Shown: in pieces, positions 44,778 to 57,384 of the stretch | How the letters are laid out: each line of letters opens with the position of its first letter | Numbering within the stretch: position 1 is the first letter of the stretch | The notes under the pieces: generated by a model | What the model was told of the DNA's origin: nothing | The model's input: the letters and a program-made list of their open reading frames with translations, nothing else | Database searches by the model: none | Position numbers and translations under genes: made by a program | DNA from: Neodothiora populina | Taxonomy: Eukaryota | Assembly: GCF_041146345.1 (NCBI RefSeq) | Contig: NW_027191414.1 | Span: forward strand, 62,001-126,000 | Direction: 5' to 3' | DNA length: 64,000 nucleotides

Positions 44778-47700
44778 ATGGCTACCGGACCTCAAATACT
44801 CGCTGCAGAAATTGGTCGCATCATCAAAAGTCCTTATCCTACGCAACTGAAGGTAAGCTTGCTCTGGGAAACGTGCCCCCTTCACAACATCTGATAGAAG
44901 ATGTAGAGCCTGCACAAGATAGTCGACAAGATCACAGAGGCCGATATTCGATCCTGGTCTCAATGCAATCCCTGCCTTACCACAACTCTGGCTCGTATCC
45001 TCCTCGAGGCTCTACCGCAATGGAGCTATGTCCTGGACACCATCACACGCTTATGTGCGCTCTTCCTGCTTATAGCTGCCTATGTGTCTTCTCTAACTCC
45101 GAAAAGCGTGTGCTATCAGCATACGTGATGCTTTTCTTTCGATTGAACCACAACTTCTTGGTCAAGTCGTGAATGAAGCACTTGAAGTCAAATCCAGTAA
45201 TCGGAAGGTCAGCTTTCTCCTGCATAGCCTAGTGGACCGCTACTGACAGCCTGTAGTTCCTCGATTTATCCGTTGCGCTGTTGTCCCATCCATTACCAGA
45301 TGATACCGCCATCCCATCATCAGCTCAGAATCTGTTGATACATCTCTTTGGTCAAGCGGCTTCGAAGCCGGATCTATATGCCCTTCTTGCCGTCCATAGT
45401 CTCCTGCGTGGCGCATGTCGACCCATCATAGCTGTCCTTCCTAGCAAGATTATGTCGAGCTTTGAACAGCTATTGTTGGACATCATGCGTGACCTTGCCT
45501 CCGTAAAAGATAAGACGCCTGCGATCTACTGTTTGTCTATCATGGAGGTCATCGTGCACGAAATTGACCTCACGTCCACTCACACTACATCCGTCCACCC
45601 ATGTGATGACATGGACTCCTCTTCCAGCGTTGTCGGGTCTCATTGGAAGCCTGAGAGTCTGGGTCGTCTGTTCAAGGACGCTAAGGCACACCGTACACTT
45701 TCACTCGTCAGCCTGCAGGTCATTTGGTCCTGCACATCTGGGACCGAGCAATCAGAGCCGGATGCTGCCCTCGCAAGTGTCATCATGGCTAACGGCATAT
45801 TGGAAGCCATACCGCCTAGCGAGCGGGATGTCTGGTGCAAGCAGAATGCGCAAATCCTGCGAAAGCTGCGAGAGCGATGCCTGGTCCCTGATTTGTCATA
45901 TGCTCTGCGATTGCAGGCTCTAACCTTCGTAGTATTGCTGGACAAAGCTTCTACTCCCATCACGCAGCTTCAAACAGCATATGCCGTCCTTCTCTGCAAG
46001 GTTGGCCGAGTATCATCCACAGAGACAGTGCTTAGAAGGGCTCTCACGCGGTCTTTGCCCAGTTTTCTCCCCACTCTTGGACCGCAATTCTGGGTGCAAT
46101 TCGTTGGTAGCATTGTCGAGTTGTTACTGACATCAGATGCCGAACTTATTGCCACTTCTGCAAGTCATACCGTCTGCTTGTTAGAGCAAATGATGTCGCT
46201 CATGGAGACCCATTCCAGCTGTCGCCAGGGATTGCTTTTGTGCTTGTCAACTGACAAGTATCGCCTTGGCATCAACGACATTCTCAAGCGTCCTATAAGT
46301 TGCGGATTTGCTAAAGAGAAGATGTATTGCGCTAAGGCGCTATCGAAAAATTCGGGCGATCTCACACGTACATTCACTGCCATGATACTGCGTGCTGCGC
46401 TCACAGTGCAAGCGGATGAAGTACAGCTGCCGCTTCAACTTGTGCCATGTATTATTGAACGCCATGCTATCTCTTCAGCCAATCCAATCGAATGTAGCAG
46501 ATGCACTATGAAAGCACATTCAGCTCCTCGAGGCACTGTCTTCGTTGAGGTCCAGGGCACTGCCGACAGTCAAGATGCCTCTTTGCCCTGGAAGGAAAAG
46601 ATCACGAGCAGGATGGCCGCTCATGCAAAGGACCAGCAAAAAGCTATCATCGACTCATTCGCCGAAATATGCCGCGACCTGGAGGAAAGGTGTGAAATTG
46701 TGGAAGCACCCCTTCGGGTTGAGCAGGAGAAATTCTTGGATCTCCATTCACGGCACGAGACTCTTGGAAAGGCCTATGGCGAACTCGAAGCCAAGCTTAT
46801 GGACCGAGACCTGCGAATAAATGCCCTTGAGGCTGAGGCGGACAGTCAAGCTGGTCAAGTGGCGTCATGTGATAAGAAGTGCCAGGACCTAGCACAGCAG
46901 GCTGATGAGCTTTTACAGGCCTTGGATAACACGAGACAAGAAGCGCACCGCTCGCTTGCTGCTGCTGATCGGGACCGCCAAGTTCTGGAGATGGAGCATG
47001 CTACCGCTATGGCTTGCAAGCAAGGAAGCCTTGATGAGACTAGAGAAGAGCTGCAGAGAGTACAAGATCAGATGCACGAGCTCAACTCGAAGATTGATCA
47101 TCTCGAAGAAGGCGACAAACGTATCGGATCCAAGAACGAGCAGCTGATATCGAGGATCCATGAATTAGAGGCACAACTGGCTGAGAGGCAACAAAAGATT
47201 GCTACTGCGGATTCCGAGAGAGCTACACTGCTAGCGGCTAACAGTAGTTTGAACCAAGATATAGAAGCGTTACGCAAAGATGCTTCTATAGCGACACGAA
47301 AGCTTGAAGAGCTTCAGGAAGAGCTCGATGACGTGCAGGCGGAGTCGAAGCGGAGCCTCGCGAAAGCGAGTTCGTCTTTTGATGAGGCCATGGCCAGACA
47401 TAGACAAGATGTAAGATGAACGTCCTCTTAGAGTATGTCTGTATCATTTCACTAACCAAGTGTAGTGGATGGGAGTCAAGGATTTCCTTGAAAAACAAAT
47501 TCAAGAAGCAAGACTCGAGCTCACTCAAGCAGAGGAAGATCTGCACCAGCAAGCGCAGGTCCACAAGCTGAAAGTCATGGAGCTTCGGGAAAAGGTAAGT
47601 ACAGCGGACGCATACGACGATTGAAAGACCTTTCCTCACGCTTTCTAGGTCGAACGACTCAACAACGAATGTCACAAGAAGGACGCTCAAGTCCTCGAAG

Positions 47701-48302
47701 TTCAAGAGATGCGCAATCGATTGATGAGTGCAATGGGGTTATCGGGAGCACTGCCAGAGGCGATCATGTCGATGCCTGAACCTTCAACCAAGTCATCCAC
47801 CCTTCCGTATCGATCGGCATCTGCAATATTGGACCTGAGACCCTCATTTCAGCCAGTGTCATCTACGCCTGCGCCTAGCCCGGATGAATCAGACGTAGAA
47901 GCGGAGGAAGCAGACTTTCCGTACAACAGTGATGTATCATCCGATCATGGACCAACACCCAAGCGCTCGAGATCCCATCAGCTATCTGTGCATAGCAACA
48001 AAGTCCAGGAGATACAGAGTATAGGCCGAAGATCTGTCAGATCTGTTCTACGTACGAAAAGTGCTACTAAGAGGCAGCCCTTAATGGACCTTGATGGAAA
48101 CCGATCACCTACGAAAGATCCAAGGTCTCCCATGAAGGTGACATTTAAGGATATAGACAATAGCGTGCTAGGGATCAGCACAGGCGAGAGAAGAGACATG
48201 GAAGATTGGTCATTCAGCGCTGTAGATATTCTCACCGGCACTCCAGGGGTTGGTTTGGGGGATCAAACGGACTATCTGGAGGAGAGCACCGCGGATCTGT
48301 AG
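44778..48302 (+). CDS. Large (1086 aa) Pezizomycotina-type protein: helical globular N-terminus, long central coiled coil, S/T-P-rich basic tail; candidate synaptonemal-complex transverse-filament (Sme4-like) protein
   Basis: Six exons (44778-44852, 44907-45054, 45107-45207, 45257-47410, 47466-47594, 47649-48302) splice in frame. Heptad-rich E/Q/L/K region begins at EICRDLEERCE. Tail contains TPAPSP, GPTPKRSR, RSPTKDPRSPMK. Gene model is confident; function is inferred. Confidence 0.75.
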
Positions 48303-49550
48303 TATTCTTGTTTTCAATACCCAATCATAACTGCATTTACTCATTGTGTTGATGGTTGATCACCGCCCCAAGTCCGACTTTTCATACCAACCAGTCTATT
48401 CATGATGGGCGGTATCACTTGCATTATACGGACGTTTAAGAATAAGCATGTGCACCCTCAAAGGAGCAAACGTCCCCGCACGCATCAGTAATGAGAACTT
48501 CCAGTCGTACGACAGGGGTTTTCCCGGCACATCGATGCAGATGCGATAGGTTTGCAAACGCAAGGAGATAGGCTTGTTCTTTATATCAACGAAGATTGCT
48601 TTGCACTGGCAGTGCAACGATGCAAGTCTTGTTTGCCTAGGCATAAGGTAGTCAGTAGATCGCTAATGCTAAAGAGTGGAGGTAGGCAATCTGTCTGCTC
48701 TTTTAAGTAGGAGCCTATGAGTAGAGTGTGCTTGCTAAAATAGGACATTATGAGGTGGACATGAAACCTTACATTACAGGATACTGATGCTATGTTATTA
48801 CTGATCCAACATACCTTACCTAGGTATACAATCCGAGCAATCGGTCCCTGCGTTGTCCATGGATAATTCCGTTTGCAGCGCAAACCCTCGGCGCTGTGCT
48901 GCTATTCTACCCTTGCAGCTACAGCTTTTATCTTTGATAGGGGAGAAAATCCTCGGCGAAGGAAGGGGCGCGATCCGCGCAATGTGAAAGCATTGTTGTG
49001 AACATACATAGTCCCTTCCTCAAACAAACGATTGAAGCCGCAACATCACTCGCGCAACTCTTTCAGTGAACGCTTGATCTTCATTCGAGTACTCATAGTT
49101 GTCCTCTTCACATCTTTATCTCTCCATCTGAGACCTCTACCCTTTCTCACAGCTACGCTACATCTAATATTCTGCCGCAGTGATTCGGCCAGTTTGCTTG
49201 TTGACGAGCTACCTTCGTCAAAGTGCGAATTAGTCGTACTTTGTTCAGTCAATATTCATTACAGGCCCTTTCCGTACTGTGAACAGATAAACCCACACGT
49301 CTCAACGCATTGCCTTTCACTTAAGTCTCAGCATCTCCATTCACTAACAAGCAAAGTCTGATGTTTTCGAGTCCCTCAACATCATCTCGTCAACTCACAG
49401 ACATTACGTCTGCACAGGAAGTCGTGGTCTTGCTCAGCTCATCATCCCTTCTCCTTGGGTAGCTGTGGTCATTCGAAGAGCCATTTTTGGTCTTATCGTT
49501 ATAGCCTTGATCTGCTCGCATCATAGTGGCAACGAGGCTAGGATTCCGAT

Positions 49551-52500
49551 ATGGACAATCATCATCCTCGGCGTCCTAGCGATCCGCCAGACCGGGGCTT
49601 TATCGATCGATCTGTGAAGGATGGGTCCTCCTCATCTGATACCGCGGACCGTGCTTCGTCTCAAGGCGAGGATCTTCCTAGCAGTGTCTCGAGCTCATCC
49701 TACAGGAAAGGTGATGGTGCCGACTGGAGTCGCGGGAGCCGACGCGGGAATCTTTCACTTGGTCATGGTCGTGGTCGTGATCGTGATCGTGATCGTGGTT
49801 ATGGTCGAGGCCGCAGTGGAGGTCGCGGCAGGAATCACACGAAATACACGTCATACGGCTCCGGCGGGCGACCCTACACTAATGTAAGCGAGCTTAATCC
49901 TCGAGGTTACACTACATTTGGAGCAGTCAACAAGAACTTCAATGCTAGCTTCGACGAGGCAGGTCTCTTTCAAACTCCATCTAGCTTCCTCCAAGGGTTA
50001 CCAGCAAATGATATACCATTTTCGCGAGACCTTGCAGTCATCATTGAGAACTTGCCAGCAGAGTGGCTCGATACCTGGAGGATATATCAGCACTTCTCGC
50101 AGTATGGCCAGATCAGCTACATGGGCCTCAACTACGGATGCTCCCGGATGACTGGTGGTGTTCGTATTGTCTTTAGGTGAGCCTGAGCATCTGCAGAAGA
50201 TATTTTTCCCACTATCACTGACAGACATCTAGTACATCGCCTGTCAAAGCTTTCTGGAAAGTGCGATATACATTGGCTTTAGATCATGGAGGTCGATCGG
50301 AGATATTGCGTTTCTCAATCTTGCCGCCAGTACAATACTACGTGCCCTCACCCATTAATCCCAACATACATTTCCCGAAACAGATGGTAAGTCAGAGCGA
50401 GTCTGGATGTGATCGATAGCTGATCCTTTATACCAGACCCTTGAGGCTTCATCATTGCATGTAGGCGTGAGGAAGACAGATGAACAGATGTTACTCAAAA
50501 AGTCCATTGACAACATGCATTACCGGTCGCATCCGATCTTGCTGGAGCTGGACTTGACCGACCGCAAGCAGAAGATGGATCTGCGTTTCTCCGTTCATAA
50601 AGGCGCGATCGACGACTTGACAAGACATAGACTTCAAATCAACCTTCAGCAGATATCTAAGGTCACGAAACTCCATGGAGAAGACCAGCTTATCCTTGTC
50701 TTGACATTCCAGAACCCTCCGAGGTTCTATAAGCAAAATTCGAGGATAGAGGATACTCACACCTCCCGCGGTCGGACGTGGAAAGAATGGCCGAGGATGT
50801 GGGACCGACAGACTGATATCGACTTTGATATGCAAGCCCGCGACTTTGAAGCTATCTCGTCAGTGAGAGAGCGACCAATCATAGATACAGGTGAGCTATT
50901 TTCATTATTACTCATTACGGATATTACTGACGCAACAAGGCCGATGGTCGATGTATAGGCTCACTTTCGCAACATCGCCAAAGGCTGTTGAAGCGCTCAG
51001 TCTGATGTGCAAGGCACTCAATCATCACAATGTTCAGGTCGATGAGGTTGCACTTTTCGACAATCTGCTCAAAAAGGATGACAGTGAAGCATGGAAATAC
51101 TTGAACCCGCACAAGGCAGCTCTTCCATCGGATCTCCACCAGATGCAAGATGACTTGGTTCATCTCGATTTCGACGTTCGCTATCAACTTGAAGCGTGCA
51201 TCTCACAGCACAGTCTGAATGAATTCAACATGAAATTAGACTTCTTCCAGCGGCTTGCGTCTATGGACAAGAATACTACGCTGAACTTACTCGAGAATGT
51301 GGCGGAATCAAAACACGTCTACAACAACCCTATGGACATATTCTCTGCTGGAGAATTGCGTACGTCCCGTAAAAGAAAAGCCCCACAAGGCTGTATATTG
51401 ATGCACTCTGTTGTGGTCACTCCGACCACATTGCGTATCTCCACACCCACCATCGAAGTTTCGAACAGGGTCATAAGAGACTATGCCCATGTAGAGGATC
51501 GCTTTCTCAGAGTCAAATTTGAGGACGAAGACTACATTGGTCGACTCTACCCAGCGTCGGGTCCAGGAAACCAGCACGAAGTCTTTCGCCGCATCGAACG
51601 TGCCATGAAACAAGGGATTGATATTGCAGGTCGCCATTATGACTTTCTCGCTCATAGTAACTCTCAGTTCCGCGAACACGGCGCCTATTTCTTTGCTCGA
51701 CTGCCAAATCTCAGCGTGGACACGATGCGTGCTTCTTTGGGACAATTCGAGCACATCAATATCATCGCGAAATACGCAGCTCGTGTTGGCCAGTGTTTTT
51801 CCACGACTCGGAGTGTGCGACAGCTGCCTCGGGGTCTGCATGTGATATGCCTTGACGATGTCTATGGTGAAGAGAATGGCAAGAAATACTGCTTCACAGA
51901 TGGCGTTGGGAGACTATCTGTCTTCGTAGCTCAGATGATTGCAGATGAATTTCACGTGAATCATTCCAAGGAAGGGTACCCTTCTGTCTATCAATTTCGT
52001 ATGGGAGGGGCCAAAGGAGTACTTGCGGTTGATCCAGGTATGAAGGGACTCAAGGTTGCTATTCGGCCTTCGCAACAGAAATTCGAAACGAGCACTCAAG
52101 GCTTGGAAATCATTCGAGTTTCCACGTTCGCGACGGCTTATCTTAATCAGCAATTGATACTTTTGCTGTCCTCCCTAGGAGTGAGCACGGAGGTTTTCGT
52201 GAGAAAGATGACTAATGAGCTCGACCGGATAGATCGTGCCATGTCGGACGAGCGGATCGCATTGGACATGTTGACTAGTAACGTGGATTTCAATCGAGTC
52301 ACTCTAACAATGGCGAGCATGATTGAAGATGGTTTCATGAGCCATAGGGAGCCGTTCATCATGTCTCTGTTGCATCTCTGGCGAGCCTGGCGGATCAAAT
52401 TCCTCAAAGAAAAGGCTCACATGCCTGTCGAGCAAGGCGCTTTCGTACTTGGCTGCACGGATGAATCACAGACTCTTACAATGGATGGTAGAGACGGGTT

Positions 52501-54541
52501 ACCGGAGATCTTCATACAAGTTCAAGACCAGGAGAGTAAGGCTTACAGAGCGCGAGAAGGGCTGTGTCTTCTCGCCCGCAACCCTTCGCTTCACCCTGGA
52601 GACATACGTGTTGTCAGAGCAGTATCTTGCGACAAGCTTACGCATCTCAGGGATGTTGTCGTTTTCCCTCAGCTTGGAGGACAAGATCTTGCTAATATGT
52701 GCTCTGGTGGAGACCTTGATGGCGACGATTATCTGGTGATATGGGATGAAGCTCTGTTTCCACCAGTCAGTGAGTGGAATCATAGACCGATGGATTTCAC
52801 CCCAGACGAACCTCCGATGAGCATCGGCATAGTGACCAAGCATCAGCTCGTCGACAATTTCATTATGTACATTGCAAATGATCGCCTCGGAACCATAGCG
52901 ACTCGTCATCGCGCTTGGGCCGATTTGAAAAGCAAGTCTGGTGGAGTGAAGTTCGAAAAGTGTCTGAGACTCGCCGAACTTCACTCTGTCGCAGTGGACT
53001 TTCCAAAAAGTGGAGTGTGGCCAATTGTCGATGATGATCTCAGTGTGCTACCAGTGTGGCCTCATTGGATGGAGATGCACCACAAACCCCAGGACAAGAC
53101 GTACCACTCGGAAGCTGTGCTCGGGCAGCTTTATGACAAGGTGGTTCGTCAGGATTTCCGACCTCAATACCATAACCCTTTCGATAGCCGGATCCTCCAG
53201 GCGTTTGAGCTGTCCAACAACCTGTTGCATGAAGCGCGTACACTCAAAAGTGGATACGACGCCGACATACGCCGCATCATGGCCCAGCAAGGAGTCGAAA
53301 CAGAATTCGAGATCTTGACGGCCTTTGTGATACGTCATAATCGCGAAAAGCGGGACTATGTCTTTGCGGAAGAAATGGGAAGACTATTCTCTATGTTGAG
53401 GGCCCAGCATCGTGAGATAGTTCTAGAGAGGCTGGGCATAGATGCAAAAGCACGACTGTCCGACGACTCTGACTTTGGAAAGCTTGGTCCGTTCGTAGCT
53501 GCGATTTACACAGTTACAAGAGATGAAGTCCAAGCAACTTGCAGGGACGGAACTTGCATTTCAGAAGATGAGAAGGCTCCACTGATCAGTTTCCCATGGA
53601 TCTTTGCCGCTGAGCTTGGAAGAATTGCCACCAAATGCCCAGGAAGTGAACAAAAACAACAACCCAAGGCAGCGCCAAACGCAACAGCAAATGCGGGTTC
53701 AGCGAATACAATCCCACGACAAGAGAAGATATCCGGTGCAGCTTCTCTTCTGGACATATTCGCTGACATCAATCTCGAGCCTCTTCCTGAGGTGGGTTTT
53801 CCGGAGATCAAGGGTTTGGAACACGCTGCGCGCGATCACGGACCACAGCGAACCTTCGACCGGAAGCAGCTTTCGGAAATGATCATGAACGACATGAGCC
53901 TCATCGATATCGATGCTGGTAGCTCGGGACCTCCGTCCCTTGTCTCTTCGAGATGCTCCACGCCGCGCTCTATAGAGATCAAAGGTGGATTAGAGGAAGA
54001 TGCCATAGCCTGGGCTGAGGACGGAGAGGATAAAGAAGAGGAAGAAGTAAAGAGAGGGAGAAAAGAGGGTGGTGATGGTGATGGTGATGATGATGATGAC
54101 GATGATGATGATGATGATGACGCCAAAGAAATCGGCGAAGACGATGCAGACGACGCAGACGACAACGACAACGACAACGACAACAACAAAGACGACGATG
54201 GTGATGATGATGACTGTGCTGATGGTAAGGACGAAGTCGGAAAAGGCGAGGAGAATTATGGTGATGGTAGTGGTAGTGGTGATGGTGGTGACACTAGGAG
54301 AAAAGCAAGAGCGGATGGACATCAACAAGGACAACAAGATGGCGCTGCCCTGCACTTGACCATGAGTGGTGAAGATGAGCCGGACAGTGGCAAGGTGTCC
54401 CAGCTACACAGAACTAAAGAAGCGACACTCGGAATCAAGAGTACCAGTGGACCATCCGACAGCGAGAGACACGAGGCCCTCAAGCGAGCAGCCTCGACAA
54501 GGATTCATTTCGAACAACTGCAGAAGCTGATTGGTTTCTAA
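49551..54541 (+). CDS. sad-1: Cellular RNA-dependent RNA polymerase, SAD-1/Rdp1-like clade (1611 aa)
   Basis: Introns 50177-50232, 50387-50436, 50891-50939. N-terminal RRM-like region, FDVRYQLEACIS, EVSNRVIR..DRFLRVKFEDE, KYAARVGQCFS, YCFTDGVG, YQFRMGGAKG, ARNPSLHPGD, catalytic SGGDLDGDDY, AVDFPKSG. RdRP identity is certain; SAD-1 orthology is from recalled motif pattern. Confidence 0.88.
54068..54215. repeat. Compound (GAT/GGT/GAC/AAC)n microsatellite encoding an acidic poly-Asp tail of the RdRP
   Basis: Directly visible tandem trinucleotide and hexanucleotide units. Confidence 0.9.
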
Positions 54542-55938
54542 ATATCGTCAAGATGCAGATGTTGCCGAGGGGTCAAAGGGGTCCACAGTCGATGGTGGTA
54601 AGCGGGGTTATAGTGGGACGGGAAAAACTATCATCGGTTCGTGAATTGCAGGTCTAGCTAATCCGGATACTAAGTCTGGACGGTGGCTGGTAATTGAGGT
54701 GCCAAAACATACGCTCAACAGAGACTACAAAAGGTGTTAGTTCATCTAGACAGATAGCTGAGCTCTAGGGCTGTCACGCGAGGTGAAAGCATTAATATTT
54801 TGATTTTTCTTTCCATTTCCTCTTCTCTTTATTCTCAATTGATATCTCGGGCATCTCTCTCAAAGATAGCAACATCGCCATTGGGCTGAACGAAATTCAA
54901 ACCCTCGAGCTCCTTTTTCGTCGAAGCCGTCTGCTCGGGGTGGTCGTTTCCATGTCCGTCATTGTCACCTTGATCATGTGTGAACTCTCCTTAAAGCGGT
55001 AAGTACAAGGAAAAGGAACCGAGCTATATGAACCGAGCAACATTACGAGACAAGAAGGCTACCAACTCAACCCTCCCTGCCAACCTCTCTAAAGCTTAAG
55101 CTGGAATCTCCCTTACACAAGGTGCAAAAGAAATACCCCAGTACCCGCTTCAGACGACAGACGAACAGCGCAACGAAGATTCCGAGGCGTACAGCGTTTT
55201 GAGAACGCAATGCAGCCACCAGAAACATCCCGTAGCTATACTGAAGAGTGAATCCCGACATCTCCGAGATCAACAGTACACGATCATCCATCGAGGCAGG
55301 CAGGCAGGCGGTCAAACAGTCTAGACATACACGCCCTGCCTTGATACGACGTACCCGCAGGCGGTCCACTACAGCGGTTGCATCTTATCTACGAATGAGT
55401 ACTGTGGCTCTATCTTGCCAGATAAGAGGGTATAAGGAAGGTAGCAGACCTAGGTAAGCGTCAAACTCCGTTGGGTGATGTATAGGTCTCTCCTCGTAGG
55501 TAAACCAGATGCTGCTTGATCAAACGTTGAAAGGCCCGCTGTTGCCTGTTTTCTCGTCTGTTTCCCTACTTTGCTTTTTGCTGATTGCATTGGGTGTTCA
55601 TTGAGACGGTAGGTTCAGAACGGTGGGGTTGTTTGCGTTGTGATTGGTGGATGTTTCGGATACTGGATACCGGATTGCCCTTTTGTGTCTCGTGGGTGAG
55701 CCTGGTATGCGGTGTGGGATACCTGGCGCACGAGATTTAGGACTCCTTGTAGAGCTGAGCTGTGATCGAGGGTTGGTGGATGACTTGTCAGAAGTAAAAA
55801 GGATGGAAGAACGGGTCATGGTGGATATGTTATGGTGGAATCTGGTATGACGATTGTGTTATATATGTACAGTTCGTTCGTGACGTTCGTAAAAGCACTC
55901 CTCTGGCGCTGACTCCAAATGCATGTCCGCCTGTGCAT

Positions 55939-57384
55939 CTACTTCGACGTACTTCCAAGCAGCTCGAGTACTCTCCGCACACCACCGTGTGGACTGTCGT
56001 CACGCACCGTGTCCTCGCTCGTCATGTTGAGTCGAGTGCGTGACGATGCCATCTCGTCCCGCGCGGCTAGGGAATCAGCATTGCCAGCCTCGATGGCTGA
56101 TACTGTCACGTTCAGGTACTTTGTTTTCCTCGGATCGAGGTGGTCTGTCCACGGTTGATATCTATCCTGAGAGTCCCCATGCAAACTCATTGATGGTGCG
56201 CCTGTCATGCTGTGTTGATCCATTGGGTTCTTGGATCTCACGGACGGGGTCGACGGATACAGACTCTCGATATCGCATGCGCTGTTGCCGATGTCGTCGT
56301 CATCGTCTTCCTGATCCAGTTCGGAGACGCGGTCGCCTTTGACTGTCACCGTTCGCGTCTTTGTGATGCCTGTGTCGTTGGCGGCCCCTTGGCTGATCTT
56401 TTCCAGCTTATAACACCTTCGTTCTTCGTCGGCACTGGGTTTTGCTGGTTGCAGCGTCTGCTGCAGTAGTGATCGGCGTGTCAGAGTGTAAAGAAGACAA
56501 TCGACCATGCCGCTACTGCTGAGCATGCAGCCGGCGACCAGCGAGAAGCTTGTGGGGAGGCTCTCGCTCGTGTGTGCATGGGACCACATGCGTCCAGCGG
56601 AAAGAGGTAGTGTCAAGATGATGTAAGTGATGGGGAAGGTGATCATCAATTTGGCCACGCGATCGATCTTGGAATGTGCCGGCGATACGGAACCCGGGAG
56701 GACTCCTGAGATGGTCCGCTTGAGGTGGATGAAGATGAGTGCGTACAGAAGCAGAATCGAGAACTGAACCAGAAAGATCCAGACGTAGTGCAATGCCAGT
56801 CTCTCGGTTTCGAATTCCTGGTTTACCCAGCACCATGCTCCAGCGCGGACAAAGTAATGGTCACGATGAACAATGGGTCCAATGCCTGTGAGGATGACGG
56901 CCAGCAGCCATCCAAGTAGAACGAGAACAGTAAGCGTGCTGTTCTTCACTCGTCTTCCATGAACCGCGCCAAAGTACGTATGCAGCGCAATGCCAAAGAC
57001 AAAAAATCCCGAGGCGAGATCACCAAGATTCAGGAGAAAGCCTTGGTTGAAGCATCTTCGAGAAGGCGCAAGAATGCCGTCGCGTGCGATCCAGGAGAAG
57101 GAAAATGTCATCGAGATGCCCTGCATCAGGTCTGCGACAAGGAGATGGATGATCAAAGTAACATATTGATTGTAGCCCATGAACGCCTTGTAGTGTATCC
57201 TCCAGGTCACGTATCGATATACGATGAACGAGAGCATAGCGATACAGCATACTGCCGAAACAGAACCGGTAATTCCAGGGGCAATAAGTCCTTTGCTGTA
57301 GTCTGGTGGAAGCGGTGTTAGACTGTATGGGTACTCGAAAAACCGCGAAGTTGTGTTCTTCGCCGGAGACACTCGGTCCATCAT
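55939..57384 (-). CDS. Git3/Gpr1-family G-protein-coupled receptor
   Basis: Intronless 481 aa, seven hydrophobic segments. NQY..LIIHLLVADLMQ, CFNQG...GDLASG...IALHT, AGAWCWV, RLALHYVWIF, KLMITFPITYIILTLPLSAGRM, GMVDCLLYTLTRR. Confidence 0.9.
   Translation of the reverse strand: MMDRVSPAKNTTSRFFEYPYSLTPLPPDYSKGLIAPGITGSVSAVCCIAMLSFIVYRYVTWRIHYKAFMGYNQYVTLIIHLLVADLMQGISMTFSFSWIARDGILAPSRRCFNQGFLLNLGDLASGFFVFGIALHTYFGAVHGRRVKNSTLTVLVLLGWLLAVILTGIGPIVHRDHYFVRAGAWCWVNQEFETERLALHYVWIFLVQFSILLLYALIFIHLKRTISGVLPGSVSPAHSKIDRVAKLMITFPITYIILTLPLSAGRMWSHAHTSESLPTSFSLVAGCMLSSSGMVDCLLYTLTRRSLLQQTLQPAKPSADEERRCYKLEKISQGAANDTGITKTRTVTVKGDRVSELDQEDDDDDIGNSACDIESLYPSTPSVRSKNPMDQHSMTGAPSMSLHGDSQDRYQPWTDHLDPRKTKYLNVTVSAIEAGNADSLAARDEMASSRTRLNMTSEDTVRDDSPHGGVRRVLELLGSTSK

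Noticed and set aside
48601..48617. 8-bp inverted repeat TTGCACTG-G-CAGTGCAA
   Set aside because: Isolated, short, with no target-site duplication or second copy; compatible with chance.
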